DNA of 64,000 nucleotides. Origin: Octopus sinensis. Lineage: Eukaryota. Every line of letters begins with the position of its first letter. The stretch's first letter is position 1. The translations under genes and the position numbers were made by a program. The stretch is taken from NCBI RefSeq assembly GCF_006345805.1, contig NC_043010.1, forward strand, positions 46,810,001 to 46,874,000, given 5' to 3'. The notes below the pieces were generated by a model, which saw only the letters and a list, made by a program, of their open reading frames with translations, was not told where the DNA came from and ran no database searches. Below, one piece after another: positions 62,924 through 64,000 of this stretch.

Positions 62924-63329
62924 TCTGCAGATAGATACAAGACAGGTGAAAATAAATACATGTAGCCAATGAATATGATTTACTTTAAAAGGTTAGCATT
63001 GTCTTAGTGTGTTGAAATAATCACATTTGCTATGTACCAACATACTTATGAGCCATATTCTGCAATAGTCTTAGTAACTACGCTCTTCCACTACATTAGA
63101 GTAGAAGTTGTCTTGAACGGAAAAAAATTTTGCTCACAGAGCAGCTAATTTTGAGAATGAGGAGGGCAACCAACCCCCAATGCTTGCTTGGAATTTTATT
63201 TTATAAATCCAGAAGAATGAAAAGCAAAGCTGACCAATAGGAAATGAACTCAAAATGCAAACAGCTAGAATAAATACCCAAGGCATTTGTCCAACTTCAG
63301 TTGATTCTACCAATAATACAGAACATCCT

Positions 63330-63615
63330 GATCTCAAGCATCTTCACTCCCTATGAAGCATAGGCCATCAATAACTTTTCTCCATTGTTCTTGACTCTGA
63401 ATTGTCTTTTCTACTTCTGACCAGTTGAATCCCTGCTTTTTCAGCTGTCTCAGTATCCCACTTCCAACTATTTTTAAGGCATCCTCTCTCCTGCCTCCCT
63501 TGTGGGTTCCAGGTCAGAGCCAGACATGTAATGCAGGATGTTGGTTTCATTAAAGTATGGCCTATCCATCCCCACTTGCATTGCAAGATCTGTTCTTCCA
63601 TTGGTGCCTAATTGT
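63330..63615 (-). mobile_element. RTE-type LINE 3' fragment
   Basis: EEQILQ.KWGWIGHTL.KP.SCIT..ALTWNPQG.Q.RG..KNSW. Confidence 0.85.
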
Positions 63616-63765
63616 ACCCTCTGCCAAAGCAAATAGCCAAATGAGAAATAAGTGAAGAATATAGTATTTCTAATAGTCTTAGAATTCCAGTATTCATAAA
63701 TAAAAGAATTTGCACCTTTACAAGGGTCATATTCGTTTACTACATGTTGTTTTACACCTATTGCA

Positions 63766-64000
63766 CTATTGTTTTTTTTTTTGTGACCGGGTGTTAACGT
63801 TGAGTTTTCAGATCCTGTGAGATTAATCGTGTGACTTTTCCGAGTCTTCTCTCCCCCCCCCGCGATTGCCAGCGCGCATTTTTTTTATATTTGTTTACTA
63901 CATATTATTTTACACCTATTGCATTTTTTTTTTTTTTTTGCTCGGGTCAAACACTGGAGTTTGACCAAAAAGGATATCTGCAATTTTCCCGAAATGTCAT
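63766..64000 (-). promoter_or_regulatory. CpG/GC-rich putative promoter or first exon of the HAUS8-like gene
   Basis: CCCGCGATTGCCAGCGCGC and TTTTCCCGAAA (E2F-like) motifs about 0.9-1.1 kb upstream of the first coding exon. Confidence 0.45.

Overview
AT-rich, microsatellite- and retroposon-dense eukaryotic DNA. The SINE/LINE repertoire looks like Octopus (coleoid cephalopod); the species is inferred, not verified. Three intron-rich genes were reconstructed by hand from GT-AG boundaries with consistent phases. (1) One coding exon of ENO4 (enolase 4; minus, 10348-10536); its other exons were not located. (2) A complete 4-coding-exon ANKRD53-like gene (plus, 24633-40993, 415 aa). (3) An 11-coding-exon HAUS8/augmin-subunit-8-like gene (minus, 62923-43116, 442 aa), convergent with ANKRD53. 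ENO4 and ANKRD53 diverge from a CpG-rich region carrying a near-perfect RFX X-box (20817-20830). The rest is TE debris: a Ty3/Gypsy fossil, RTE-, CR1- and RLE-type LINE fragments, Helitron coding and non-autonomous copies, hAT/Tc1/piggyBac-type MITEs, three tRNA-SINE families and Penelope-like hammerhead remnants. The most unusual structural signal is a recurring set of local inverted duplications or palindromes in introns (arms 35-360 bp). These could form long dsRNA in a lineage known for heavy ADAR editing. No prokaryotic-type system (CRISPR, operon) is present.
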